Assembly (NCBI GenBank): GCA_028534125.1 | Contig: CM052817.1 | Location: 90,088,001 to 90,152,000 of the forward strand | Reading direction: 5' to 3' | DNA: 64,000 nt | Source of the DNA: Lama glama | Lineage: Eukaryota | Notes under the pieces: generated by a model | Seen by the model: the letters and a program-made list of their open reading frames with translations, nothing else | The model's database searches: none | Told to the model about the DNA's origin: nothing | Program-made: the position numbers and the translations under genes | Shown here: positions 51,033 through 64,000 of the stretch, piece after piece | How the letters are laid out: each line of letters starts with the position of its first letter | How positions within the stretch are numbered: position 1 is the first letter of the stretch

Positions 51033-51447
51033 TTTTTATAAAAATAACACAAAATACAAGGTAAAAAATCTAAAAAAATACAGACACACACATACATATG
51101 CATATGTATATTTTATTTATATACATACAGAGAGAATTGTTGAATTCTTGAGGTTCCTTCGGGTGAAATAAGTGCCCAAGGATGTATTGCTAACTAGCAG
51201 GAGATCAAAAACCAGAAACCTGGCCTCCTGATTCCTATACTAATGATACTATGTTTAAGAAACAGTTTAGATGCAAAAAGTTGCTCAATATGACAAAGGT
51301 TAATCAAAATTAATATTTTAAAATTTATTTTTAAGAACAGAGCTTTATACTACAGCGAGACCGTATTCAAAGTCTTAATTCAACTTTTTGCAAGTATACA
51401 TAGATTCTACAAGTCATTGCAGGATGCAAACCCATTATTTATACCTG

Positions 51448-51730
51448 AATTTTTCAACATGTGGTTTGCAAACCATTAGTGGGTAATGAGATTAATATAG
51501 TAGATCATAAAGAGCATTTTTTTATAAAGTTAAATAGCTATACTGAAAAAAAAATAGGGTATGCCATTCACGGTAAGGGTAAAGTTTTGTAAAAATTTTG
51601 TCTAACTTTTATTTAAGTTACATGTATAACTTTATATATTTAATTTAAGTATAAATGTGTACATGTGTTGAAGAGTGAAGAAAGATTTTATTTTGTGTTA
51701 TTCACAGTTCTAAGCATTGGATCACAACTC
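51448..51730. mobile_element. hAT-Charlie-like non-autonomous DNA transposon relic
   Basis: tttttcaacatgtggtttgcaaaccattagtgggtaatgagattaatatagt...gtaagggtaaag resembles a Charlie-family MITE. The exact family is uncertain. Confidence 0.55.
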
Positions 51731-53144
51731 ATTAACAATAGCTTTCAAATAGGTGAAAGGGATCTAGCATGAAATATAGATAAACATTGGTTCCATTCCT
51801 CCCTGGTGCAAAGCCAGCCCTTCCTCAGCCTGCTGATACTGCCTTTTCCTTTTTAACACTGGAGAGTATGTGATTAAAAGAGGGCACGGATGCGTTACCG
51901 CAGCCCATCCAGGAACACTGTAGCTGGTACACCATAATGACGGGCTATCTTCAATCAAGCAGTAGCATACAAAGCATTTTTAAAAAATCAAAATTTGGGT
52001 TTAAAACTCCTGATAATCAATAAGCAGTAATAGTAAAACTACTCTTCAATAAAATATTTTAGGCATAAATACAATATATGAGGAAGTAATTTTTTTTTTT
52101 ACATATGAAAAGTGATGGTATTTCCACAAGCTCTGATTAAGCTGTTTTCAGCTAAGTCATATTTAAGTGTTAGTAGCAAACAGCCTAGGGTTGCATTTAT
52201 AGAAAGTCCACTGATCTCAGTGATAAATCCCAGATTCATGTAAGAGTTGAGGTTACAAACTGCAAATCCTGATCACCAGTTCTCAGAAGCAAAATCCAAA
52301 TTCAAATTTCTAGTTCTGAGCTATTGTACCTGCTCTTTTGAATTAGAAAAGTATTACAGTCAAGCTACCTCCCAAATTTAGTCTTCTAATTCTAGGCATC
52401 AAGCAGACTCTTAACTCAGGGATTGTAGAAATCAGAACATGAAGATTGGTTTGGGTTGTGATCACACATAAAAAATGAGTTAATTTCAGAGACATACTTT
52501 TAGGGTACAACACGTGGGAAATGAAACCTCTTTCTGAAAATAGCTTCTAGATTTATCTGTGATCACTTTTCTGAGTGCCATTTCTATATTGAAATTGAAT
52601 TTCCTAATTTTCTCCCCTGTAGGTAAAACAAAACAAAACAAAACAAAAAAAACGGTGTGTCAAGTTTTATGATGCCATTAAGAGACTCTGATTGCTAGAG
52701 TTGCAACATAAATTGTCATGTCTGCGACAATAAAGACTGACCCTTGGAGATTATATATTTCTGAGTGTGGCCTTATCTACACACACAGAGTGAAAATAGA
52801 ATTGAGACAATGTAATTTCATAAATCAGTCCAAAGAATATGTTTGCTAATTGAATCAAAGGAAGCTTCAGTTTTTCCAGATAATGTCTAAATGTTCCAAT
52901 TTCTCATTGTATTTATGACTGGAACCTCTGGGCATTAGCCCAACATGTTACTTCTTGAATATGATATTATTCCTTAAATCTCAACAGAAGGTAATATCTG
53001 AGTTGGGGAATTATTTAATAGTTTGAGAGTTATCATGCATGCAACAATTACAAGGAGCTGCTCGCTAGCCTCTATATAAAGTCTCTTAAGTATCTTAACA
53101 CCTAAGGTCCATACAATGAAATAATACAGATACAGAAAACAAGG

Positions 53145-53472
53145 GTAAGTTCTTAAAGTGTTCGACTAAGTGAAGGAAGCCAGACACGAAAGAGTATATA
53201 ATGTGTGATTGCTTTTATTCATGAAGTCTTACAAAACAGCACTATAGTGACAGGAAGCAGATCCACGTTTGCCAGGGCCTGGGCTTCGGGGAGGTCCTGA
53301 CTGCATAGCAGCATAAGGGAACTTTTCAGGGTGATGCAAAGGTTCTAAATCATGCTTATGCTGCTGATTTTGCTACTGTACACATTTGTCAAAAGTCCTC
53401 ACCAAAAAAACAATTTTACTGAATGAAAAGTATATCCCAATAGAGTTGATACTTGAAAACTGGAAAAAAAAA
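53145..53472 (+). mobile_element. L1MD/L1ME-like 3' UTR fragment
   Basis: ctaagtgaaggaagccagacacgaaagagtata...tatagtgacaggaagcagatc...gggaacttttcagggtgatg...tacacatttgtcaaaa. Confidence 0.8.
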
Positions 53473-53509
53473 TTACTTGAGGTAAAGCTTGTGTATCTAT
53501 TTTGTTGCT

Positions 53510-53620
53510 GTTTTTAGAGGAAGAAACTGAGGCCAGAGTTGAGTAATGGGCACAAGGTCACACAGTCAGTGAAGCGGACCTCGCCTGAGATGAGGACCTC
53601 TGCACACGAGGTAGGAATTT
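53510..53620 (-). mobile_element. MIR core fragment
   Basis: gaagaaactgaggccagagttgagtaatgggcacaaggtcacacagtcagt. Confidence 0.7.
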
Positions 53621-55326
53621 GCGTCGCACCCCCAGGACATCTGCAGTGTCCATTGATGTGTCTTATACGGAGTATACTCTCAATACATATATGTAACACA
53701 CATATAAATAAGTGCCTGGAAGCCCACATGTTGCCCACTCTATGGCACAACCTTTCAGAGTAAATTTTCTCCTCTTGCAGTCTCCTTTAGGGGAACCTGA
53801 GAAAAATCAGAAATTCCTCAAATGGCAAAGATGGTGTATAAATATGTTAAATCCCTCTGGACTATGAAGCTATCAATTACAATCTTTACCTTTCAAATCA
53901 AAAAGTCATTTATTCTAGGGGGCTAGAAGTATGAATTTTTCTTGTTGGTGTTGAAATGTTAGGGCTCGTTTCTTGCAAAAATTCCTTCACTGTCTCAATG
54001 CAATCCTGAATAAGAGTATCAGAAATGCATATTACTGTTCGCTTTTTGAGTTGCTATCTTTGGGCCTTTTCTCTCCACAGTTCTTTCTAATGAGTTTCAT
54101 CTAAGATTTCCACACCTTGAAAGTGGTACAGATGTTCAGTGCTGGTTCAAGAGGCCTAGGCTTGAGCTGTCTGGTTTTCATTCTCTTTACAAATGGCCTT
54201 GTATCCTCCCATGTCCTCTCTGAGCATACCCAGTTTTTTTCCTTTCTCTCAGATTTCAAATCCCACAATCTCCCCTTGCATGTGGAACACCCATGTTTAC
54301 TGGAGAGAATTTCTTATAAACAATTTCAATGTGGTTGTCAAAATCCATGCCAGCTGCTTCAGCCTCCTCTCTGTATTCAGGATAATTACATCTGCCAGTT
54401 ACAAGGAAACAAGGTCTCTCTCTCTCTTGCCCTTACTCCGTGTCTCTCTTTTCAAAGGCATCCAGACCCACTGCCTAGTTAGTTCTCTTTCAGATTGATG
54501 AAAAGTATAATATGAAGAATGGCTTTTCTTCCTTCCTACCAAAAAGAAAAAAAACTTTAAAAAGCTTCAGTGGAGGTCTAGATTGTCTCTACATGAAGTA
54601 CATCCAAGGGGCCATTAAAAAATAGAAAACAGAATCAGAGATAAAATTGCAGACATGGATTTGGAGAGAAACATTTCTTTATAAGAATCATAAGTCTCTT
54701 GCTATCCATTAGCCAGAAATACCACCAAATGATGCATTGCATTGGCATTTAATGGAAGGCAACAAAATAATCAAAGCAATACCGAGGGCAATAGCAGGAC
54801 AATCATGTATACGCAAGTAAAGAAAATGCTCTTCATCCCAATTATTTAAAAACATTCATCTAGTCACTTCATGCCTTGCGGGAGTTGCTTAATATGTACA
54901 CAGAATCCAAGAAGAAAGAGAATGTATAATTGCATTTACAAGCTTGGTCAAACTATTGAAAGTAATAAATTCCCTTAAAAAAGAATTAAGGATGCTTTTC
55001 CTTTAAGCACTTGACTTACAGGCTTCAGATGAATCAATACTTACACATCAATATCAGAAGTATCGCACCTTTCACTGACAGTGATTAGAAGTTGTGATGG
55101 TTCCACTTCAGTACATAAACTGTGTTATTTTTTTTATAACTAAATAGAAAATGCTTATAAGGAAATTGAGGTTGGTATAGGAACTAAGAAAATGCTCCTC
55201 TTAGCAGTCTGGAAATTATAATATACAGATATTCTTGGTGACAGTACAGATACATTTTAATAGTAAGTACTTCAGCGTAGATTACAAATGAAAATGTACA
55301 TAGAAACTTCTTGAGGCAATTTGGGT

Positions 55327-55510
55327 TAGTGTTGACAGATTTGGCAAGTAAGGATACAGGACACTCAAATTCAATTCCAGGTAAATTACAAATACCTTTT
55401 TTACTATAAGATGTCCTATGAAATATTTGGAACACACTTACACTAAAAAATTGTTGTTTGTCTGAAATTGAAGTTTACCTAGATGTCCTGTATTTTATCT
55501 GGCAAACCTA
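55327..55510. mobile_element. MER53-like hAT MITE
   Basis: About 185 bp with TIRs tagtgttgacagat / atctggcaaaccta and subterminal atacaggaca / tgtcctgtat inverted repeats. Confidence 0.85.
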
Positions 55511-56089
55511 ATTGTGGCATAAAAATGACATAAAAGCAAAACTGATTTACTCTGTAAGTACTAAAGTGACTCCAAAATTAATATTATACAAAATAATCTT
55601 GAAGTTTATTGTCAGTCTTTAGAAGATGGGTTAGTGTTGGGGGCCAGACCATGAAGCTTTCATTTGTCAATGAAAAACAAGAAAAATAAAGAGAATGGAA
55701 CGAGTTTGTAATAAAGGTAAAAAATATAATTAAATGTTAGAGATTAGTTCTGCTATTGTTTTAAAAATATGCTTAGTTGATGAAATAAAAAGACATCACA
55801 ATAGTGGTCCTTCTTTTTAAGGTAAAATCCAAACGTTGTGGTACTGTTGGATTCTACTGTTGTTTTTCATCATCTGAATTCCTATTATTTTTATCTGGTT
55901 AGTGTTGAAGTAAGGAAACTGTTTTACTTTTTTATAACTGGTTTCCTTCCATTAATTGATGCTTACATGATTATAGATTTTTTTTTTTTGCTTTGGTCCA
56001 ATCACCACCACACTGAAGTGAGGAGAACTACTCTCCTATTTGTAATAAAATTTACCAAAAAAAAAAAAAAAGCTTGCACTCCCAACTTA

Positions 56090-56796
56090 CTACTGAGTAT
56101 ATTGTACAGCCTGACTTGGACCGATTAGTCCTTCACAGCTACCATCTTAGTCCATTTCATGCTCTCCTGTACATCTGCAATAGCCTCTTTAACTGATTCC
56201 TCACCCTTCCTTCTTGTCCCACTTCAGTTTGCTTTAAACAGAGTAGCTGTCTGATAGTTAAAAAATAAAATCAGCTAATATTTCCTTGTGCGAAATTCTA
56301 CAGTGGCTTGCCATTTCCCTTAGAATAAAATCCCAATTAATGACCAAGCCCTAATGATATGATGACTTAAAAAACAGTACCTCTCCAGCTATATTTCTCC
56401 CACTACTTCCCCACTCTGTCTCTTGTTTCTCAAACATGCCCCTAGTTCATCTCTTGAAGGGCATTGCTCTTGTTTCTTTCCTGTAGAACTTCTTCCTTCA
56501 TCATAATTCACTTTTTCACTTCAAGTTCCAGCTCTAATTTCACTGCTTCAGTATACATAAGCCATCACCTAGCCCCATTTCCCATATATCCACTTTAATC
56601 TTTTCTTCTAGTCTTCCTTTTTCTTCACAGTACTTCAACATACCCAAAACTCTTACTTATTCATTATATAACTCAACATATTAAAAAATAAGAGACACAC
56701 ACACAAATAATCTTGTCTCTCTTGTTCCTTTGGTCCCATTGCCTAGCACCTAATAGTTGCTCAGTAAATATTTGTGGAATGAATAAATGAATTGAA
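56090..56796 (+). mobile_element. L2 LINE 3' portion
   Basis: ctgcaatagcctctttaactg...ccttagaataaaatccc, ending gcacctaatagttgctcagtaaatatttgtggaatgaataaatgaa. Confidence 0.85.
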
Positions 56797-57619
56797 CATC
56801 CCTTAGCAGAGGAACCTGACGTAAGTCTTTTAAAAGTCTGAATCAGAAGACAAATTTAGTAACATAATTTTAGTTACACTGAAATTCCCCTTTCCCTATG
56901 ATCTTAAACTGTGCTGCCTTATCATTTCCTTCCCGAAAGAATTTCAGTGTCTCTTGAGAACACTGACCTAAAGGTTAAGAAGCATCCATTGCATACAGGT
57001 ATTTGCTCCAGGGGTTAAAAGGATAGTCTTGCTGCTTATCCTGCTAGCCTGTCATATCTTACCAAACTAAATATGCAGTTGCAGCAGGCAGACAGCAAAG
57101 GTCCTTATTCTGAAATTCTTACTGTAAATGCAAAATAAAACAAAATGAAAACCTTCTCACCTGTAAGCCACAATAATTGTTGTTCCAACTAATTAACAAG
57201 AATGTAATAAAGATCCTTACAGATTTTTTTTCCAACTAGAGCCAAAATACAGTCTCCAAGAGAGAAATCTTGTAAGATCATTTTGTCTGAGGATTTCTTG
57301 CACTGAACAATCCAAAGAGATCATGGCATTATTGACTGACTTGAAGGGGAGAGTTTACACTTACTAGAGGTAAACATGCTGCAAAAAGTCAAGGATAAAG
57401 AGGAGTTGATCATAAATAACATGAAAAGCATCAGTAGAATTGGCCTAGCACACACTATTTGTTGAATAAATAAAAGAATTAAATGAATAGCTTATCTCCC
57501 TTTGAAGCAATTGAAAACCTGTTGTTTAGTGAAAATAGTCTGGAAACTCACATTTTTCTCACAAAATCCAAATGTCCATTTTAATTCTTAATTATTTTCT
57601 ACTTAATAGATGTCTTCCT

Positions 57620-58660
57620 CCCTGAAATTGTCTCTTTACCTGTTAGTCTGATACTGCCCCATGCTGAATCCCTTTTCACCTTTCATGTTTCTTCCTACTC
57701 TCTCTCTTTTGGTTTCTTTTCTTCCTCCTACTGGCCCATACATCTAAGTTTCTCTGTGACTCTGTATTTACCAATGGCCTTTTAAGTTCACTCCCTCAGA
57801 GAGTTCATAAATTTTCAGAGGTCTAAATATTTCCTCTATACTGATGACCCAAATGGCATTTCCAGTCCTCACTGTTCAATGAAGCTCCAGCCTCAAGAAT
57901 TAGAATGCCTATTGCCAAATTTCTGATTCCACAGAAAAACGTTTTTCAAGAATTCAGTGACTCCGCTTTGCCTCCTAAGCCATATTTAGGGAATGACACT
58001 TTAAATTTATTTTATTTTTATTATTTTTATTGAAGTATAGTCAAGTATAGTTTATAATGTGTCAATTTCTGGTGTACAGCACAGTGCTTCAGTCATATAG
58101 GAACATATATGTATCCATTTTTATATTCTTTTTCACTGTAAGTTACTACAAGATATTGAATATAGTTCCCTGTTCTATACAGTGTAAACTTCTTGTTTAT
58201 CTGTTTTATATATATTAGTATCTGCAAATCTCGAACTCCCAATTTATCCCTTCCCACTCCCTTCCCCCTCTGGTAACCATCAGTTTGTTTTCTATGTCTG
58301 TGAGTCTGTTTCTGTTTTGTAAATAAGTTTGTTTGTCTTTTTTTTTTTTTAAGATTCCATGTATAAGGGATATCATATGGTTTTTTTCCTTTCTTTTTCT
58401 GGCTTACCTACTTAGAATGACATTTTCCAGGTCCATCCATGTTGCTGCAAATGACATTATTTTATTATTTTTTATGGCTGAGTAGTAGACACTGAATTTA
58501 AACCTCCAGGTGCTCTTTCCGGTGTGCCCCAGCGTGAACCCTCTCCCACTGACGTCACTAATTTATGGTTACATCTGCCTTCTCCATGTCTATATCTGTA
58601 GCACCCTATAGTATTCTCTCTTCTCAGAATGCCTCCCACTCTTTATTAACTATTCTAAAC
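57620..58660 (+). mobile_element. Decayed L2 fragment hosting the younger L1 at 58010-58487
   Basis: Pyrimidine-rich L2-like sequence on both sides of the L1 (ctctatactgatgacccaaat...tccagtcc). Confidence 0.45.
58010..58487 (-). mobile_element. Camelid-type L1 3' end with imperfect TSD
   Basis: ttattgaagtatagtca...gtgtcaatttctggtgtacagc...tatggctgagtagta. Flanks are gacactttaaattta (57995-58009) and gacactgaattta (58488-58500). Confidence 0.9.
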
Positions 58661-60297
58661 CAGAAAAATGCAGTAGAAGTGATTATTTGGTGGTTAAGTC
58701 AGGGGGAAAATATAAAACAAACAAAACATGCATAGAAGGAGGAGAATTCAGTGTGCATAGAACTGGGTGACCCCAGGAGAGTAATTTGTCCCTAGGCCTC
58801 AGTTTCAACAATTTGGGGTGTTGTGGGGTTAGAACTCTAGATTAACTCAGTGGTTCTGTTCAGACTCATTAGCTCTTCTTCATATGTGTGTAAACATTAA
58901 CCTTTTTCATATTTTGCCTTTTTCATATAGTTTGCATTTCCCCCAGAACTCTATGTATAATATCATTATTCTCCAAGTATAACAAATCCACGATTCTGCA
59001 TAGTTTTGCTGGAGGAGATGGAAATACTCATAATAAGTCTACATTATTATGACATGTTTACTAATGAAAACTTACCTTCATACCAATTTAAGAAAAAAAA
59101 AAGAACATGTATACGTTACCAGAAAGAGAAATTTTGGGCATTCGTAAAATGAGATGCTTCGTATCTATCATCTGGAAAAATTAAAATCTAATTTTTTTGA
59201 TAATTGTGTTTAACAGTGAAACTTAGAGCATAGTAGAAGTGAAATGCTATTTTCCTTGAGGAAGGAAGCAAAAATAATAAATGCTCTTTTGACATTTTTA
59301 TCATTTAAGCCAAATTAAACATTTCAGGTAAAGCTTTGTTGGCATGACAGTAGCCATAGCCACTGCTGTGAGTGTCTCCAGAGGAATTCTGGAGACATTG
59401 ATCAGTATATGAGCACCCTCTCCAACCCCAGGCTCTGTCCCCAGACTTGATTGGTCAATCTTAAGTGTTTAAAAAAATTCCCCTAAGGGTAGAAAAAAAT
59501 ACCTAATTTTATAAAACTAAGCTCAGAGAAAGACCTCTTCTCAGTGAGGAAGTAGTAACTGCCAGGCTTCTGGGTAGGTTTATCCTCATAGATAAAGGGC
59601 ACTTGAGAGCAGGCCAGACTACTGTTGCTGTAGTCAGGTGACATGATGCCCTCCTATTGTACCATAAGGACCATGTCACTGTGAAATAGAGCTAGAATTA
59701 AAACTGCATCTGTGAGATGAGAAAGAGTCTATGTGTATGTGTGTGCTAGACAAATGCATTAGGCAAATGCATGTGGGGATAGAAATAAATGTGCAAGTGA
59801 TAGAGTTTGTAGAATGTGAGGTCATAACTGTCAACAAACCCCAAGGCTTTGGGAGTTTTGAATGTATTCACAGAAAGGCAACAGTTTTTCTTTAAAACAT
59901 AATATCTGTATTTTTTTCTCAAAAGGTTTAGGAAATATCCAGACATAGCCATGTGTTAGCTCCTTGTGAATAAAGAACTCACTATTTTCAATGTCAGTAA
60001 ATAGGAAAGATGAAAATGAGATTCCATAACATTTTCAATCTAACATATTCATTCCAAAACTGAGCTGTCATATGAAATGAGTTTATTGAGCAAAGTCAGA
60101 TAACCAAGTTGCAAACATGGAACAATTTTATTTTTTTCAGTGACTGCCCACATCTCTGCAAAATTGAAGCAAAATATTCTTGCTGGCTGAAAGCCAAATT
60201 TGTTAATAACTCTTTGGCCCAATTTCATTGCTTTTTCATCACTTTTAGTTAGTAAGGCTCCTGTTGGTCTATACAACAGATCCTCCCCCCCCCCCCA

Positions 60298-60838
60298 TTT
60301 TTTAAAAATGAAGTAGAGCCAGTTGCAATGTGTCAATTTCTGGTGTACAGCATAATGTCCCAGCCATGTATATGTGTGTATATACACACACATGTATTTG
60401 TTTTCATATTCCTTTTCATTAAAGGTTATTACAAGATGTTGAATATAGCTCCCTGTGCTATACAGAAATTTGTTTTTTATCTATTTTTATATATAGTAGT
60501 TAATATTTGCAAATCTTGAATTCCCAAATGTATCCCTTCCCACTCCCTTTCCTTGGTAACCATAAGATTGTTTGCCATGTCTGCAAGTCTCTTTCTGTTT
60601 TGTAAATGAGTTCATTAGTGTTTTTTTTTAGATTCCACATATGAGTGACATCATACAGTATTTTTCTTTCTCTTTCTGGCTTACTTCGCTTAGAATGACA
60701 ATCTCCAGGTCCATCTATGTTGCTGCAAATGGCTTTATTTTAGTCTTTTTTAATAGCTGAGTAGTATTCCATTGTATAAATATACCACAGCTTCTTTATC
60801 CAGTCTTCTGTTAATGGACATTTAGGTTGCTTCCATGT
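60298..60838 (-). mobile_element. Camelid-type L1 3' end
   Basis: Colinear with the 58010 copy, extending to ggacatttaggttgcttccatgt. Preceded by a poly(C) run. Confidence 0.9.
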
Positions 60839-62739
60839 GTATGACTCATTCTTGTTTATTTTAAAGGTTTATTTCATATTCTAAAAAAGCCTTTTATCCC
60901 CTAGTTGAGTATGAACTGAAGTTCTAATGGCTACCAGATGGAGTGGGTTTGATGTGACTCTTATCCTTCTTCTTACTCATTTTTCTTGATATCAGCTCCT
61001 CAGGTATTGGTGAATGGAAGGGGGGAGAGTAAACACAGATCCCTTCGTACATGATAGTAGCAACTCTTCTACCTGCTTCCCCGGTCCGGACCCAAACCCA
61101 CTGTTCTAGTGCTTTGTCTACAGCCTCAGTGTGGAGAGATGGTAGCTGACTTTTGAGCAGCACCCTTAGGTACCGGCAGCTCCTTGAGAGTTTATCTGTG
61201 CTCTCCCAGTGGAACCTCAGGAGGGAGTGGTCTTAAGCTGCTATGCTCTCTGCAGCTGTCCCACCAAAACCACAGACCCCAGTTGCATCTGTTTGAGAGT
61301 TAATTCTAGGACCTGTGGGCATGGGCAGGATCCATCTCCCTTACTCCGTGGGCGGTGACAGCTGCGGGGGTGGAGTGAGGTTGTCCCTGACCCTGGCCCC
61401 CTCCGCCAGACCTTTCTCAGTGTGTTCTCCCACACTTCAATTCTCTACTGTTCCATTAGCACAAAGCACGACAACCAGCAGACTTCAAAGAATATAACAC
61501 CAGTTTTACCTTCTTGCAACTCCTCCTGATTGCTTAGCTTGGGGAAAAGAAAAGCATCCCCTAGTTTCCAGAAGAATGGGGTTACGTATCAGATAGCATT
61601 GCAGGAATCAGGACACTTTTTGCTTTCACTCATGCAAACAGGCTTTGTAAGACTGACAAAAATGCCTCTTTTTGTTCTTCTTTTTTTTATTCTATAAAAT
61701 TTCCGTGACTTTATGACAGTTTGTCGCCCTTGGCATCTTAGCATTTTTACAGCCAAGAAAGGCAGAGCTAGGCACTTTTGGCAAGACAATAGGATTTGAA
61801 GCTCAGCAGGCCTGTGATTTTATAATAATGTCAAAGGACCAAACAACTATAATTTTTAACCCTTTGTGTTTGGGGTGATGATTCCAGGCAGTTGTATTAT
61901 TTGACTTTTGGAGTCTCTTTTTCAGAGCTAAGTGTTGAGATTTGATTCCTGAGGGAGAAAAAAGTACTTTGTGCATCTTGAAGCAGGATGGCATTAAATT
62001 TCTTACTTCCTCCTCATTGTTTGGTTTAGCTGGCTGACACCCCGCGCTGACTTTGGGAGTTTTAGGGGGGTTAACTATTGGGTTTCAACATCTCTAGCTT
62101 CATGTGAAGCATCTGCAAATAATCAAGATACAGAAAGCCACTCAGAGTGGGAGCTGCCTCCGGGATTTGATTGAACTCAACCTTCCTGTGAGCCCCACTT
62201 CTTTGTTTACATACATTCCTGCTCTGTAGGCCAACTTCCTGTCAAAAAGCAGCGTACCAAATTTGAGCATTTAGAAAACAGTGTGGCTGAAACCATTATA
62301 ACTCTGGCAACAGACTTCAAGTAATTATTATTTTTAAAGGATATGTTTAAAAAAAAAATACAGCATCTCACCCTAACTTTCAGGATTCAGATCCTTTCCA
62401 TACAATTACACACATTCACACACTTCTTTATAGAAAGGGAAATTAGTGCTATTTTCTGCACAAAAATATCTGTCAGTACAGACCCTGTTTGGAGACATCA
62501 AAGTGACATACTACAAAGACTGAAAAGGAAAGGAACTTATTTTTCAAAAGTGATAAATCTCTGTGAGAAGAGACACAGTGTGACCAATCCCATATGGTAT
62601 AAATTTGAGCAATACAGGTTTCTCAAATCACTCTGGTGTCATGGTTCCTTTGGATCTTTCCATGTATCATCCTTTACCAGTTATTTTCTACGTTTTAGAT
62701 CTAGTTCTACCTTCTTTTTCAAAATATTGCTTACTATAT

Positions 62740-64000
62740 ATACTCTTTCCTTCTTGCTCTTAATATTTCATTCTCACTTTCCCCCGACAAATCTTAGTTT
62801 TCTTTCCTAGATGATACCTATTTTTACCATACACCCTAAATACGCAGTTTCACCCCTCCATTCCTTGCCTTCTTCTCTCCGAGATATACATCATAGTGTC
62901 AAGTCTATGCTAGATCTAATTAGGACTAGATTGGATCAGGTCTCTACCACCCAGAAATCATTCTTTCCGTGGTCACCTGTGACCTCCTTATTATTAAATC
63001 AGAAAGCAATGGGCAGATTTCACTGTGTATTTATTATCCTTTCCCCAGAATTTGATTCTCTTGATGGCACCCCCCCTTGAAACGTCATCCTCCCTTGTTT
63101 TCTAGGACATTATTGTTTCTGCTTTAATTACCATTACAGGCTCCTTTTCTTCCCACATACTGTAAATCTAGGCGGTTCCTAGGCTGCCATTTTTAGATGC
63201 AGTGTTTTTCTAATCTGCACACTCTCTCTCTTCCATAGCATTAGTTGCACAGTAACTAATGATGAGTCCCATTATCTATACATCTAGCCTGTGAGCCTCC
63301 TCACTTACTGCATCCTTCGAGTGGCCAATTTCTATCCATCCTACCTGCACATCTCCCTTGAACCTTTTATTTATCACCATCTCCTACCTTAGAAACAGTA
63401 TAATATAGAGGGATCCAGAGTCAGACTCCTTATGTGTACATCCTGGCTCTGCCTCCTGCTAGCTGTATAACTGAGGCTGAGTTATTTAACTCCTCTGTAC
63501 CGCAGCTTCCACATAGTCAAACGAAGATAAAAACAGACTTATTCACAGTGTGTGCCGATGTTATTATTACACTTATTACAATTCCATTTATCATCATTTT
63601 AAAGAAATCTCCATAGTTATAATCACCACCTAACAGGGCACCCTCTCCCATGCCCCATTTTGACTCTTTTAAAATTAATCTTCTGCCAAAGAGATCAGTC
63701 TCCCTAAAGTGTTAGTGTATCTTTTCTTTTCAGTACCTACAATTGTAGGATGGCTCTGCTTAATTTTCACAATCTAATTCTGACCAGCCACGCTTTACAA
63801 GATATGATTCCTGCCAACCTTTTGAACCTAACCTATTGGCACAGAGGAGAATGGAGGACACCAGATCTCTCCTCCAGCTCTCCAGCAGCAATTGTGATGC
63901 CATATATCCAACCTCTCAGTAATAGAATTATTTTCCCTTTGGCAAAAAATTTCTACTTGTCTATTTCCTAAGCTGCATTCTAAACACATAGGCAAGTTGA
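62740..64000 (+). mobile_element. L2 LINE remnant interrupted by a MIR
   Basis: L2 motifs tcacctgtgacctcc...aaagcaatgggca...cccccttgaaac and gatgagtcccattatctatacatctagcc. Confidence 0.65.
63395..63600 (+). mobile_element. MIR SINE
   Basis: cagagtcagact...atcctggctctgcc...ctagctgtataactgagg...gttatttaactcctctgtaccgcagcttcc. Confidence 0.8.

Noticed and set aside
59373..59397. Perfect 10-bp inverted repeat tgtctccaga/tctggagaca
   Set aside because: About one such stem is expected by chance in 64 kb, and there is no supporting context.
62343..63080. Adjacent 155 aa and 89 aa ORFs resembling an operon
   Set aside because: The peptides are unrecognisable and partly derived from decayed L2. Operon logic does not apply to mammalian DNA.

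Overview
This is AT-rich, CpG-depleted mammalian nuclear DNA, not prokaryotic. A tRNA-derived SINE resembling Vic-1 and four L1 3' ends of one family point to a camelid (camel, alpaca or llama). I can identify no protein-coding gene. The only ORF-track peptides I recognise are decayed L1 ORF2 pieces; the rest look like chance ORFs. The window reads as a long intron or intergenic stretch filled with MIR, L2, L1, MaLR, ERVL and ERV1 LTRs and hAT-type DNA transposon relics. The most structured object is a 2.8 kb two-LTR, internally deleted ERV1-class provirus on the minus strand (24725-27544). It retains a tRNA-Leu primer-binding site, a splice donor, a tandemly repeated leader, gag and env remnants and a polypurine tract. 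Other points of interest are a ~60 bp duplication flanking a short L1, local CpG-rich patches, a minus-strand bias of the younger retroelements, and a few candidate regulatory or exon-like sites. I found no convincing evidence of a new biological system. Repeat family names come from remembered consensus sequences, and boundaries of old repeats are approximate. Both need RepeatMasker/Dfam confirmation.
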